A stretch of DNA of 64,000 nt from a virus, in IMG/VR virus record IMGVR_UViG_3300017605_000342, positions 32,001 through 96,000 of that record. One strand, 5' to 3'. Of the stretch, positions 18,621 to 27,293 are shown one piece after another. The notes under the pieces are model-generated. The model saw only the letters and a list, made by a program, of their open reading frames with translations, was not told the origin of the DNA and searched no databases. The translations under genes were made by a program, and so were the position numbers. Numbering within the stretch: position 1 is the stretch's first letter; each line of letters starts with the position of its first letter.

Positions 18621-18842
18621 ATGAGCGTATACAGCACACTAACTGTTAGTAAATCTAAAGCGATAGAAAAAATACTTCAAGGTATCATGCTATCTAGTAA
18701 TGAAGTGTTGGCTGACTTGCTGTTTGATATGTACGGCAGTGAGTATTTAAGTAACGGTTTTTTACACAATTTTAGAGTAACAAATAGTTCGCGTGAGCCT
18801 GACGATGACGTGTCATGGCCAACACCAGGAGAAAGCTTTTGA
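18621..18842 (+). CDS. hypothetical protein
   Basis: ORF exactly fills the gap between two tRNAs. Confidence 0.55.
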   Translation: MSVYSTLTVSKSKAIEKILQGIMLSSNEVLADLLFDMYGSEYLSNGFLHNFRVTNSSREPDDDVSWPTPGESF

Positions 18843-18845
18843 CAT

Positions 18846-18923
18846 AGCTTCGTGACGCCCAGCGGCTAAGGCATTTCCCTTACAAGGAAGAGATCGTGGG
18901 TTCGAGTCCCACCGAGGCTACCA
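18846..18923 (+). tRNA. trnV: tRNA-Val(UAC)
   Basis: AGCTTCG/CGAGGCT acceptor, loop CT-TAC-AA, GTGGG-TTCGAGT-CCCAC, CCA; atypical D arm. Confidence 0.85.
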
Positions 18924-18927
18924 CTAT

Positions 18928-19012
18928 CGGGGCGTGGCGGAATGTAGACGCAGCGGTCTTAAGAACCGCCGAGTTAGTTCTCGTGAAGGTTCAAATCCTT
19001 CCGCCCCGACCA
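18928..19012 (+). tRNA. trnL: tRNA-Leu(UAA)
   Basis: CGGGGCG/CGCCCCG acceptor, GCGGT-CTTAAGA-ACCGC, long variable arm, CCA. Confidence 0.92.
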
Positions 19013-19062
19013 ACATTCACAGTAGCAGTGAATATACCACTTGCAGTGAATAACAAACTTAT

Positions 19063-19146
19063 GGCTAGGTGGCGTAATGGCAGCCGCAGTGCGCTTAGAA
19101 CGCACCGCCTTCGGGCGTGGGGGTTCAAGTCCCTCCCTAGCTACCA
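19063..19146 (+). tRNA. trnL: tRNA-Leu(UAG)
   Basis: GGCTAGG/CCTAGCT acceptor, GTGCG-CTTAGAA-CGCAC, variable arm CGCC-TTCG-GGCG, CCA. Confidence 0.93.
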
Positions 19147-19150
19147 AACT

Positions 19151-19717
19151 ATGGAAAGTATAATCAAAACATACTCAGGCAATTTTATAGATCTTTTAAA
19201 TCTAGATGTACGTAAAATAACGTTACAAGATATTGCACAAGGGTGTTCTCAAACTTGTAGGTATGGTGGGCAATGTAACAAATTCTATTCCACTGCCGAG
19301 CATACCTGCCTAGTTGTAGGCTTAGCTAAACGCGCAGACGAGCCGCTAGCAATACAACAATTAAGTATGGGCCATGATACCTCTGAAGGAATTGGCATGG
19401 GGGACATGGTACGCCCACTCAAGCAGGTTGTTTCCAAGTACAGGGCTATCGAAGACGTTACCCTGACTAGAATGCTCCGAGCATTTAATATTAAAGAAAC
19501 AGCTAAGCTATGGAAAACTGTTAAAGTCTACGATCATGCAGCGTATATGATTGAAAGACAACTATTGTTCGACGACATTCCTGCAAAAGACCGTCAGGAA
19601 GCCATGTTTTTATTTAAGTCGGCGACACACTGGAAGTTTGCATTACCGCCTAAAGCGGCTAAATCTCTGTTCTTGGAGACATGGCATGACCTCGGTATCC
19701 CTACTACCCCGAAGTAG
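19151..19717 (+). CDS. HD-family phosphohydrolase (YfdR/YfbR-like deoxynucleotidase)
   Basis: TYSG..IDLLN, DIAQ..S..CRYGG, FYSTAEH, HDTSE and GDM..PLK. Confidence 0.82.
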   Translation: MESIIKTYSGNFIDLLNLDVRKITLQDIAQGCSQTCRYGGQCNKFYSTAEHTCLVVGLAKRADEPLAIQQLSMGHDTSEGIGMGDMVRPLKQVVSKYRAIEDVTLTRMLRAFNIKETAKLWKTVKVYDHAAYMIERQLLFDDIPAKDRQEAMFLFKSATHWKFALPPKAAKSLFLETWHDLGIPTTPK

Positions 19718-19901
19718 TATTGAAGTAGAGAAGCTAGCTATTTTCGTCCACGGTATGTTGGCCGGTGGACACCTGTTAGGAGTTGTATACAACGCAAAAC
19801 ATGGTAATACTGGTGATGTAATAGCGCACAGTCTAGCGTTTGTCTATGATATTTATGCAACATCAAAACACCTGAAGAAATCTAATGCGTCCCATACTTG
19901 A
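19686..19901 (+). CDS. small hydrophobic hypothetical protein
   Basis: 3' part of ORF 19551..19901. Confidence 0.45.
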   Translation: MTSVSLLPRSSIEVEKLAIFVHGMLAGGHLLGVVYNAKHGNTGDVIAHSLAFVYDIYATSKHLKKSNASHT

Positions 19902-20250
19902 GTTTGAAATCTCAGACCATCCAGAGCATAGAACTATTGCAATAGTACCAGACGGACGAGAATATCACATTTTGCTTAATGGCAAGGTGCATTACGGTGG
20001 TACCAAGTTTTCCCTGAATGATGCAAAAGATAAAATAGATTTCTTAAAAAAGTATTTAAACATAAAAGAACCTGTAGCACGAACACAAGACGGGCAAGTG
20101 CTTAAGCCAAAACGTAAACGTCGCACTAAAGCTGAGATGCAAGAAGCCCGAAGGGAGATGGAACATGCCAAGCGAAAAAGGGTCCGAGTTAATAGAGCTG
20201 TCACAAAAAAACCTCGTGGGCGTCCACCCGCGCCTAAAAGAAATCGCTGA
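19885..20250 (+). CDS. basic putative nucleic-acid-binding protein
   Basis: KRKRRTKAEM and AT-hook-like KKPRGRPP. Confidence 0.5.
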   Translation: MRPILEFEISDHPEHRTIAIVPDGREYHILLNGKVHYGGTKFSLNDAKDKIDFLKKYLNIKEPVARTQDGQVLKPKRKRRTKAEMQEARREMEHAKRKRVRVNRAVTKKPRGRPPAPKRNR

Positions 20251-20761
20251 GATTATCATTGACAACCTGGCACTGAATGGTGTATATTTTGGTGTTCATA
20301 TGGGACTACGCTCGTGGGCAGTGCAACATGCGTTGTATTCTCAGGGCCGAGAAACCCTAGCAAACGTTAACTTGTACAGAAAGGCTGCGGGATTGCCACC
20401 CATACCAGCATCCGAGAACGAACACAGAGTTACAAAAGCCCCAGCAGGAAGCTCGTGGCATAACTTTGGGTTAGCCGTAGACTTAGTAGAAGATGGTGAC
20501 CCGAATAAAGCAGGTATTCAGTGGTCGTGGGCATCAACTGTAAACTATCTTAAGATAGGCACAGAATCTAAAAACTTTCCTGAACTAGAGTATGGTGGAT
20601 TTTGGAAATCGTTGAAAGATTACCCACATATTGAGATGCATGGCACACTTACACTTGCTACGGCAAGGGTGCTACTTTCAAGGGGTGATGTACAAGCTGT
20701 GTGGGATGTTGTTGATGAAGAAACTAGATTACGGAGGATAACTGGTGCCAACCGAAATTAA
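20165..20761 (+). CDS. endolysin, peptidase M15C (L-Ala-D-Glu peptidase-like)
   Basis: GLRS..Q..LYSQGR, VTKA, SWHNFGLAVD and DYPHIE. Confidence 0.88.
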   Translation: MPSEKGSELIELSQKNLVGVHPRLKEIAEIIIDNLALNGVYFGVHMGLRSWAVQHALYSQGRETLANVNLYRKAAGLPPIPASENEHRVTKAPAGSSWHNFGLAVDLVEDGDPNKAGIQWSWASTVNYLKIGTESKNFPELEYGGFWKSLKDYPHIEMHGTLTLATARVLLSRGDVQAVWDVVDEETRLRRITGANRN

Positions 20762-21053
20762 AGTTGATGGTGGAGAACAACACGCGTTGTACACCCACGC
20801 TTATGTAACATGGGAAACAGCGGTCGAAGTTGTATGCAAGCTTGCAGCACAATACGGACGAGACAATGTATTTTCAACGTATGACGCTGAACGGTTGTTG
20901 CAGGCGGCTGGTAACATCATTAAGGGAAAAACTGCTTTGGGTAAAGAAGAGATCGGATGGCAGAACGCTAACCCAGCAACGGGCATGACACCTAACATCT
21001 GGGTTGAGCAAGACCCACGAGACAAGGCGAAGAACTTACTAAAAAGACTATGA
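20745..21053 (+). CDS. hypothetical protein
   Basis: SD GGAGG upstream of a GTG start. Confidence 0.55.
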   Translation: MPTEIKVDGGEQHALYTHAYVTWETAVEVVCKLAAQYGRDNVFSTYDAERLLQAAGNIIKGKTALGKEEIGWQNANPATGMTPNIWVEQDPRDKAKNLLKRL

Positions 21054-21232
21054 CACTTATGGATGAAGTCATTGAAGAAACACGTAAGAAAGCTGTAATG
21101 TTACTACAAGAAAAAATAGATAGCATAGTCACTGTGGATCACTATAACTTAGCTGAGTTTATAGTAACTGAAGACTTCTTGAAAAAATTCAGGGAGCTAT
21201 TTCTAGATGACACGTATAGAAGTCATACCTAA
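21050..21232 (+). CDS. hypothetical protein
   Basis: Coupled ORF. Confidence 0.5.
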   Translation: MTLMDEVIEETRKKAVMLLQEKIDSIVTVDHYNLAEFIVTEDFLKKFRELFLDDTYRSHT

Positions 21233-21512
21233 CTTTGAAACGATGCTATGGACAGTCCACATAGACGGAGTAGAAGTTGGTAGATCAAATTCTAGCCTAG
21301 ACTGTGACGTGTGGGCTGCCCACATTGCTAAAGCATACACAGAAGTGGTTGTAGATAAGCATCGGACGGATCGTGGTTTTCTTATGGGGCAACTGGAGAA
21401 TGCTAGAAAAGAAAAAGCAGCGACAGATAAAAAGTCTAGGGCTAAAGGTACGACAGAGAGTAAAGAGCCTCAACAGCAAAGTTTTACGTGGGGAGCTATG
21501 TTGGAACTTTAA
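21207..21512 (+). CDS. hypothetical protein
   Basis: SD GGAG upstream. Confidence 0.5.
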   Translation: MTRIEVIPNFETMLWTVHIDGVEVGRSNSSLDCDVWAAHIAKAYTEVVVDKHRTDRGFLMGQLENARKEKAATDKKSRAKGTTESKEPQQQSFTWGAMLEL

Positions 21513-21819
21513 CATGGCAGGTGGTTGCCTGATGGCCTCATACATGCTAAACCGAGTTTTGACAAAACACGGTATTCCCTCAAAACTCATTAAAGGCAAC
21601 TACAACGGGATGTACCACTGGTGGGTTGTTGTAGACAACTTTGTTGTAGATATCACAGCAACTCAGTTTGGAATGAAAGATAGAGTTTACATAACACGCG
21701 CATCAAACAAGAAGTATGTCGGCAAAGAACATCAAGCAAAGACATTTGCACAATGGCCCAAAAGATTGTGGCCAACAAAATTTGTTTCTTACTTTAGGGG
21801 TATTAGCATAAAAGAGTAG
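21373..21819 (+). CDS. transglutaminase-like (Cys-His-Asp) protein, start uncertain
   Basis: GGCLMAS...HWWVVVD..VVDITATQF triad pattern. Confidence 0.55.
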   Translation: MVFLWGNWRMLEKKKQRQIKSLGLKVRQRVKSLNSKVLRGELCWNFNMAGGCLMASYMLNRVLTKHGIPSKLIKGNYNGMYHWWVVVDNFVVDITATQFGMKDRVYITRASNKKYVGKEHQAKTFAQWPKRLWPTKFVSYFRGISIKE

Positions 21820-21873
21820 TGCGCTTCCCCGTCACGGAAGAAGGTGCCGGTTCAAGCCCGGTATGCCCCGCCA
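21797..21873 (+). tRNA. trnD: tRNA-Asp(GUC)
   Basis: GGGGTAT/ATGCCCC acceptor, CTTCC-CCGTCAC-GGAAG, G73, CCA; C33 and no GG in the D loop. Confidence 0.82.
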
Positions 21874-21880
21874 ACACACC

Positions 21881-22438
21881 ATGAAAACAACAATATTTAA
21901 CCTGTACGGTGGACCAGGTACAGGTAAGTCTACAAGCGCAGCATTCATGTACTTCGTACTTAAAAGCCTTGGAAAAAATTCTGAGCTAGTACGTGAGTAT
22001 GTTAAAGAGTGGGCATGGGAAGGACGACAGTTTGGGATCTTCGACCAGATTTACTTTTTGGGTAAGCAGGTCAGAAAAGAATCCATGCTGTACGGGAAGG
22101 TTGATTTCATTATCACAGATTCTCCCATCATGCTTAATGCGTACTACGGCACAAAGCACTGTAGCACGTCAATAGGTACAAGCATAGCAACACTAGTCTC
22201 CAGCTTCTACAGACAAGCTGAGGTAGAAGGTCACAAACACGTGCATGTAATGTTGCAGCGATCAAAGGATTACAACCCAGCAGGTAGGTACCAAACAGAG
22301 GCTGAAGCTAGGCACATTGACATAGACATGCGTGATTTTTTAAATCAGTACAACATACCATATCAAATGTCTAGAACTGACAACGACAGTTTAACTAGCG
22401 TATTAAAAACCACACTATGTACGGATATACTCTTGTAG
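21881..22438 (+). CDS. P-loop nucleotide kinase (AAA_28/NadR-like)
   Basis: NLYGGPGTGKST, EYVK, ITDSP and GRYQ. Confidence 0.8.
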   Translation: MKTTIFNLYGGPGTGKSTSAAFMYFVLKSLGKNSELVREYVKEWAWEGRQFGIFDQIYFLGKQVRKESMLYGKVDFIITDSPIMLNAYYGTKHCSTSIGTSIATLVSSFYRQAEVEGHKHVHVMLQRSKDYNPAGRYQTEAEARHIDIDMRDFLNQYNIPYQMSRTDNDSLTSVLKTTLCTDILL

Positions 22439-22608
22439 GCGACAAAGCGTACATATTTGGAAAAGACGAGCAGGGTGTATATCTTTCTCTCGTGGCAAAG
22501 ATAATATGCAAAACCGATATTAAGTCTCCATTTGTAAACATTGTCACTAGAGAAGCAACTGAGAAAGATCTGGAAGAGTTACAGGAGAGTACACATGGAA
22601 GATACTAA
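22417..22608 (+). CDS. hypothetical protein
   Basis: ORF track. Confidence 0.45.
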   Translation: MYGYTLVGDKAYIFGKDEQGVYLSLVAKIICKTDIKSPFVNIVTREATEKDLEELQESTHGRY

Positions 22609-22831
22609 TGTAGTATTTATTATTAAAGGATTAGTTGATGGTGACAGAAAGCTGGTTGTGTCTAAAGAAAATGTAGCAGCGGTGTCAATGGGCGCTGAGA
22701 TTGTAGACTCCAGTAATACATACAAAGTTATCCGAATAGTTAGCTATTTGTCTATCACATCAAGTAACGTCTACCTAAACGCAACTCCAGTAGTTGAAGT
22801 GGAACTAATTACCAAGGCACCCGTCGTCTAA
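22595..22831 (+). CDS. hypothetical protein; stop codon inside tRNA-Arg
   Basis: SD AGGAG upstream of MEDTNVV. Confidence 0.5.
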   Translation: MEDTNVVFIIKGLVDGDRKLVVSKENVAAVSMGAEIVDSSNTYKVIRIVSYLSITSSNVYLNATPVVEVELITKAPVV

Positions 22832-22892
22832 TCGGAAAGGCCCTGCGCTACGAACGCAGTGATTGAAGGTTCAAGTCCTTCCGGGTGTTCCA
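22817..22892 (+). tRNA. trnR: tRNA-Arg(ACG)
   Basis: GCACCCG/CGGGTGT acceptor, CTGCG-CTACGAA-CGCAG, TTCAAGT, CCA. Confidence 0.92.
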
Positions 22893-22896
22893 ACAC

Positions 22897-23397
22897 ATGA
22901 TTACAATTAAACTTACAGAGACAGAAATAGAAATAGCAAAGTTAATCGCTGAACACCGTTATAGCACAAATCGTGCGGACGGGGTACCAAACGCAAAGAT
23001 GGGCAACCAGGCAAACGACTTCACAGACCTTAACGGATTTTGTGGAGAACTGGCGTTCTGTAAAGCCATGAACTTGTACCCAGACTTTAGGATTGTACCC
23101 GGTGGTGCTGGACTAACAGATGCTGTATTACACGATGGCAAAAGCGTTGACGTTAAAACGTCCAAGCATCCTAAAGCAAACCTGATCGCCCGCAAGATAC
23201 CAGATGATGTTGACCTCTTTGTGTTAGTGCGGGGAGAAATACCAGAGTTTGATATTCTAGGATACGCATCGCGTGCGGAATTACTAGCTCTTCCAAAGAA
23301 GGACTTAGGTTATGGCCTCACACACTTCATGTCAGCCGATGACTTGCACCCAATAGAAGATCTGCTGTGGGCCAACGCGATTGAGGCGTTGCTGTGA
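22897..23397 (+). CDS. putative PD-(D/E)XK nuclease-fold protein
   Basis: GELAF...DAVL.DG.SVDVKT. Confidence 0.5.
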   Translation: MITIKLTETEIEIAKLIAEHRYSTNRADGVPNAKMGNQANDFTDLNGFCGELAFCKAMNLYPDFRIVPGGAGLTDAVLHDGKSVDVKTSKHPKANLIARKIPDDVDLFVLVRGEIPEFDILGYASRAELLALPKKDLGYGLTHFMSADDLHPIEDLLWANAIEALL

Positions 23398-24056
23398 CTG
23401 CGAACGAGTACTTTACAAAAGTCTTCTACGTGAATTTGACGAGACGCTCCGACAGGCGCGATGCCATAGAACGTCAGCTAGTTGCCAACAACATAGAAGC
23501 AGAACGCTGGGAAGCCCAAGACGGTAACCCTTGGGGCTACTCCAAAGGGTTGTTACGTCAGGAAGTTGGTTGCCTGATTTCCCACTTGAAGCTGATTAAG
23601 CATTGTCGAATACAGGGCTATGCCAAGGTATTAATCTTGGAAGATGACGCTGAATTCTTGCCGAAGTTTGAGTATAACTTTAGCGAGCGGGTACGTGGGG
23701 TACCGGATAAATGGACGATGCTTTACTTTGGTGGAAATCATAACCTGACGGACCCAGATGCCCGCAGAGCACACCCCATACCAGGTTCAAAGTATGTAAT
23801 TAAGTGTTGTTATACTTTGACAACACATGCTTATGGTTTAAAACAGGAAGCGTACACACCCATAATAGAAGCTCTAGAGCCGCCAGACAAAGTATTCAAT
23901 GACTCTCTGAGACAGTCCTTGGACTTGTACTACGCAGAGTTACAGTGGCGCAAGCAGGTTACAGCCTATGCATTTCATCCGGCATTGATAACACAGTCTG
24001 ATGGATTCTCTGACATTCAACAAAAGCACGTTTCTTACAAAGGAATGATTACGTGA
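23394..24056 (+). CDS. glycosyltransferase family 25-like
   Basis: YVNL.RR.DRR, GCLISH, LILEDDA, W.MLYFG and TTHAY. Confidence 0.88.
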   Translation: MTANEYFTKVFYVNLTRRSDRRDAIERQLVANNIEAERWEAQDGNPWGYSKGLLRQEVGCLISHLKLIKHCRIQGYAKVLILEDDAEFLPKFEYNFSERVRGVPDKWTMLYFGGNHNLTDPDARRAHPIPGSKYVIKCCYTLTTHAYGLKQEAYTPIIEALEPPDKVFNDSLRQSLDLYYAELQWRKQVTAYAFHPALITQSDGFSDIQQKHVSYKGMIT

Positions 24057-24763
24057 AACACAAGTGGGGCAAATGGACTTATACCGATCTAGAGATAGAG
24101 GCCCAAATTACCACAGCAATCAAGAGAGGTCGCAAAGGCCCAAAGCTACTAGACTTGTTCTGTGGTGCTGGTGGGGCGGCTATGGGGTACCACCAAGCCG
24201 GGTTTGATAACATCTTAGGTGTTGACATTAACCCCCAACCGCGCTACCCTTTTAAGTTCGTGCAAGCGGACGCTATAGAGTTTGCCATTGCAAATATCTA
24301 TGACTTTGATTACGTACATGCCAGTCCTCCATGCCAGCATTACACGCGCATGTTGAACCACGGCCTGACAGATAGAGGCAATCATCCTGACCTTATTAGG
24401 CTTGTGCGAAACATAGTAAAGATCAGACCGTATGTGATCGAGAATGTAGTAGGGGCACCGTTGCTTGTGCCCACTGTATTATGTGGTGAGATGTTCGGTT
24501 TGCGCGTAACACGTCACAGACTGTTTGAATCTAACATGTTTATTGCTCAACCCAGACATATACCACACCGCAAAGAAGGCGGGATACGCAAACAGAATGA
24601 CGGTGGGTATTACTACCGTGTCTACGGCCACGAAACTGGTAAGGCATCTTGGGGCAAGGCAATGGGGATCGATTGGATGAAGTCATGGGAACTGGCTCAA
24701 GCAATACCACCAGCATTTACGAAATACATCGGAAAGGAAATACTACATGGCAGTCGTAACTAA
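24053..24763 (+). CDS. DNA cytosine-5 methyltransferase (short phage type)
   Basis: LLDLFCGAGG, HASPPCQ, VIENV, RHRLFE and QAIPP. Confidence 0.88.
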   Translation: MKHKWGKWTYTDLEIEAQITTAIKRGRKGPKLLDLFCGAGGAAMGYHQAGFDNILGVDINPQPRYPFKFVQADAIEFAIANIYDFDYVHASPPCQHYTRMLNHGLTDRGNHPDLIRLVRNIVKIRPYVIENVVGAPLLVPTVLCGEMFGLRVTRHRLFESNMFIAQPRHIPHRKEGGIRKQNDGGYYYRVYGHETGKASWGKAMGIDWMKSWELAQAIPPAFTKYIGKEILHGSRN

Positions 24764-25292
24764 CAAGGGGGTACCGCACAGACCATCACCAGCTCATTTC
24801 TGCGATAGGTGCCATACAAGATACGTTAGAAAGTGGAAAGATAAACATATAGCTTTATGCACTCTAGAAGAATTAAACGAAGCTATCGAACACCTTGAAA
24901 AACGAAGATATGATTGGGAAGAACGGCTAGATATCGGTGCAATGTCGGAGTTAGTATCTTTACGAGATCAACTTCTAGGTGCCCACGAAAAATACGCACC
25001 AGAAATAGTTCAATTTGCAATTAAAGAAGATTGTATACTAGTTATATTTCATGGTGAGCGCACGTTCATCTCTAAGGATGAAATACCAGAAGGTGCTACA
25101 AAACTGTTCATCGAATACAAATGGGAAAAAGACAGCCGTGAGCAAGAACACACCAAAATTGCTTGGTTTACAGACATAGATCATGGACCAGCAGTTATGC
25201 CGTGGCGAGTAATTGGTAAATTGGAGTTAACAAATGAAACATTCAAACTGGTATGTGTCGAAGAAACACCAAGCACACCAGAAAGAAATTAA
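24747..25292 (+). CDS. hypothetical protein
   Basis: ORF track; SD AAGGA upstream. Confidence 0.55.
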   Translation: MAVVTNKGVPHRPSPAHFCDRCHTRYVRKWKDKHIALCTLEELNEAIEHLEKRRYDWEERLDIGAMSELVSLRDQLLGAHEKYAPEIVQFAIKEDCILVIFHGERTFISKDEIPEGATKLFIEYKWEKDSREQEHTKIAWFTDIDHGPAVMPWRVIGKLELTNETFKLVCVEETPSTPERN

Positions 25293-25470
25293 TATAGTAG
25301 TACCAGATACAACAAAAGTAGACATACATGCAGTGATAAACTGTAAGGCATGTTATGGTCGTGGGTATATAGGCAAGAACCTGACCACTGGAGAAATTGT
25401 ACCATGTAAGTGCCTAACGCTGAAAGCAAAGATTGAACATCAGGAGCCAGATGAGCGACCCGTTACCTAA
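25234..25470 (+). CDS. small zinc-finger protein
   Basis: CKACYGRG...PCKC. Confidence 0.5.
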   Translation: MKHSNWYVSKKHQAHQKEINIVVPDTTKVDIHAVINCKACYGRGYIGKNLTTGEIVPCKCLTLKAKIEHQEPDERPVT

Positions 25471-25930
25471 GTTAGAGAAGTTAGCAAAGCACATCCATCA
25501 TGTTCAAGAGTCTGCAACTATTTTGGCCGAACGCTGTATACAGACAGGAAATACAAACTTGGGGATAGCCTTGATGCAGAACGCAGCACGCCACGACAAC
25601 AGTAAGTACAGTGGTATAGAACTACGTTACCTTGTTCTGGACGAAACAGACAATGGTGAACTAATACGTTTAGCAGTTGACCACCACAACAAAACAAATT
25701 TACACCACCCCGAAGCGTGGGTTGGGGGCATTAAAGAAATGTCCGATCTATACATGATGGAAATGGTGTGCGACTGGCGAGCTAGATCTACTGAGTTTGG
25801 TACTGACTTGCGTGAGTGGATAGCAGAGTGCGCTACTGAAAAATTTAGCTTTAGAAAGAACGACAGGGTGTTCAAAGACATTCAAAAATATTTAAGAATC
25901 ATTTTGGACATGCCATTCAAAAAACTATGA
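25451..25930 (+). CDS. DUF5662-like HD-related protein
   Basis: H..HV, HDNSK, HH..N.HHPE and EMVCDW.AR. Confidence 0.7.
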   Translation: MSDPLPKLEKLAKHIHHVQESATILAERCIQTGNTNLGIALMQNAARHDNSKYSGIELRYLVLDETDNGELIRLAVDHHNKTNLHHPEAWVGGIKEMSDLYMMEMVCDWRARSTEFGTDLREWIAECATEKFSFRKNDRVFKDIQKYLRIILDMPFKKL

Positions 25931-26124
25931 GCAAATTTATAATCCTAACCCAACCTAACGACAACAAACTTGCCGTACGCAAAGAGCATGTAAAAAGATT
26001 CTACGAATTATCTAATGCTTCCTTGGGCAAACAAACTGCCGTGGATACCGGCGATTATACGTGGAATGTCAAAGAATCTGTCGATGAAATACATAAATTG
26101 CTTTACAAAAAGGGGAAAAAATGA
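25927..26124 (+). CDS. FlbD/SwrD-like small beta protein
   Basis: FIILT...LAV...V...VKESVDEI..LL. Confidence 0.5.
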   Translation: MSKFIILTQPNDNKLAVRKEHVKRFYELSNASLGKQTAVDTGDYTWNVKESVDEIHKLLYKKGKK

Positions 26125-26300
26125 TAGGATTGTTGCTAGGTATTTACTTTGGCGGGTTTTTTGTATCACTGTGCTGGTCGATCTCTGAGGCTGCAAACTT
26201 TGGCGTTAGCACAAGCCCTGTAGCACACGTGACAGCCACAGCAATATGGCCTCTAGTCATGGCTTGGTTGGTAGTTGAGTTTATTAGGAGGCTAGCTTAA
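26121..26300 (+). CDS. 59-aa two-TM membrane protein (not in ORF track)
   Basis: MIGLLLGIYFGGFFVSLCW...AIWPLVMAWLVVEFIRRLA; coupled to both neighbours. Confidence 0.65.
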   Translation: MIGLLLGIYFGGFFVSLCWSISEAANFGVSTSPVAHVTATAIWPLVMAWLVVEFIRRLA

Positions 26301-26467
26301 TGTCAACTCTTTTGGGAATCTATATTGGTGGTTTGTTTGTTTGCATAATGTGGCGCATAACAGATCTTGAGTATGCAGACTTCGAATACGAAGACGTACC
26401 AATGATTCTACTATGGCCTTTGACAATGTTGTGGATGTTGTACAATTTAGTGCGGCATAACTTATAA
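26300..26467 (+). CDS. 55-aa two-TM membrane protein, paralog of the preceding gene (not in ORF track)
   Basis: MSTLLGIYIGGLFVCIMW...LLWPLTMLWMLYNLVRHNL; SD AGGAGG. Confidence 0.65.
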   Translation: MSTLLGIYIGGLFVCIMWRITDLEYADFEYEDVPMILLWPLTMLWMLYNLVRHNL

Positions 26468-26474
26468 AGTATGT

Positions 26475-26551
26475 TCCAGAGTGGCGGAATAGGTAAGCGC
26501 GTCTGACTGTTAATCAGAAATATGCAGGTTCGATTCCTGCCTCTGGAGCCA
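26475..26551 (+). tRNA. trnN: tRNA-Asn(GUU)
   Basis: TCCAGAG/CTCTGGA acceptor, TCTGA-CTGTTAA-TCAGA, G73, CCA. Confidence 0.92.
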
Positions 26552-26553
26552 TC

Positions 26554-26628
26554 GCGGGCTTGGTGTAGCGGCAACATCTACGCCTTCCAAGCGTTAAGAC
26601 GAGGGTTCGAGTCCCTCAGCCCGCTCCA
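26554..26628 (+). tRNA. trnG: tRNA-Gly(UCC)
   Basis: GCGGGCT/AGCCCGC acceptor, loop CT-TCC-AA, U73, CCA. Confidence 0.93.
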
Positions 26629-26634
26629 AACAAA

Positions 26635-26925
26635 ATGTTCTCTAACGTACGAAAGCAAGAAATTTATTGCCATGCCTGTGACGGGCACGTACAGTTTGAA
26701 TTAGATTTAGACTTAGATGGTAACTATGAACTTAACTGCCCCAACTGTGGGCACACACATTATAGACTAGTACGCAAAGGACGAATCACAGACCAGCGTT
26801 GGCGATCTTCTAGTATGATGTACACTACCATCACCAGCGCGACGTTTACATGGACGGCCACAGCCACCACCTGTACTGGCACTGGGGCCTTCCACCTGTA
26901 TTATTGCAACTCTTCTACGACATGA
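26635..26925 (+). CDS. zinc-ribbon protein with Thr-rich tail
   Basis: CHAC...CPNCGH. Confidence 0.6.
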   Translation: MFSNVRKQEIYCHACDGHVQFELDLDLDGNYELNCPNCGHTHYRLVRKGRITDQRWRSSSMMYTTITSATFTWTATATTCTGTGAFHLYYCNSSTT

Positions 26926-27293
26926 AAATTCTCTTCTTAGACGACGACCATTCTCGGATCAAACTAGCAAAACGACAATGTATAGGCCACGATTTAATCG
27001 TTGCAGAAACCGCTAAACAAGCCATCTATGCTCTCGGTACTGGCGCTGTCTTTGACGTTGTGTCTTTAGACCATGACTTAGGCGGCGAAACTATGGTTAA
27101 ATCCGGTGATGGTACTGGCTATGAAGTAGCTGTGTTCATTAGTCAAATGGATCTCCCGCCACAGCGCGTTATCTTACACACGTTCAATCCAGCCGGTGCC
27201 AGAACCATGTGGTACAAACTGGCACAGGTACCAGAATTAGTACAAGAATTTTTTGGAAGCCCTGCATATTTTAGAATACTAACAACACCATGA
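26922..27293 (+). CDS. cyclic-phosphate-processing receiver-domain protein
   Basis: ILFLDDD, SLDHDLG, TGYEVA and HTFNPAG. Confidence 0.8.
   Translation: MKILFLDDDHSRIKLAKRQCIGHDLIVAETAKQAIYALGTGAVFDVVSLDHDLGGETMVKSGDGTGYEVAVFISQMDLPPQRVILHTFNPAGARTMWYKLAQVPELVQEFFGSPAYFRILTTP

Noticed and set aside
17064-19150. Long N-terminal extensions of ORFs 17064..17396 and 18896..19717 (also 26522..26704 and 42462..42566)
   Set aside because: They are translations of tRNA genes; better starts lie just after the tRNAs.
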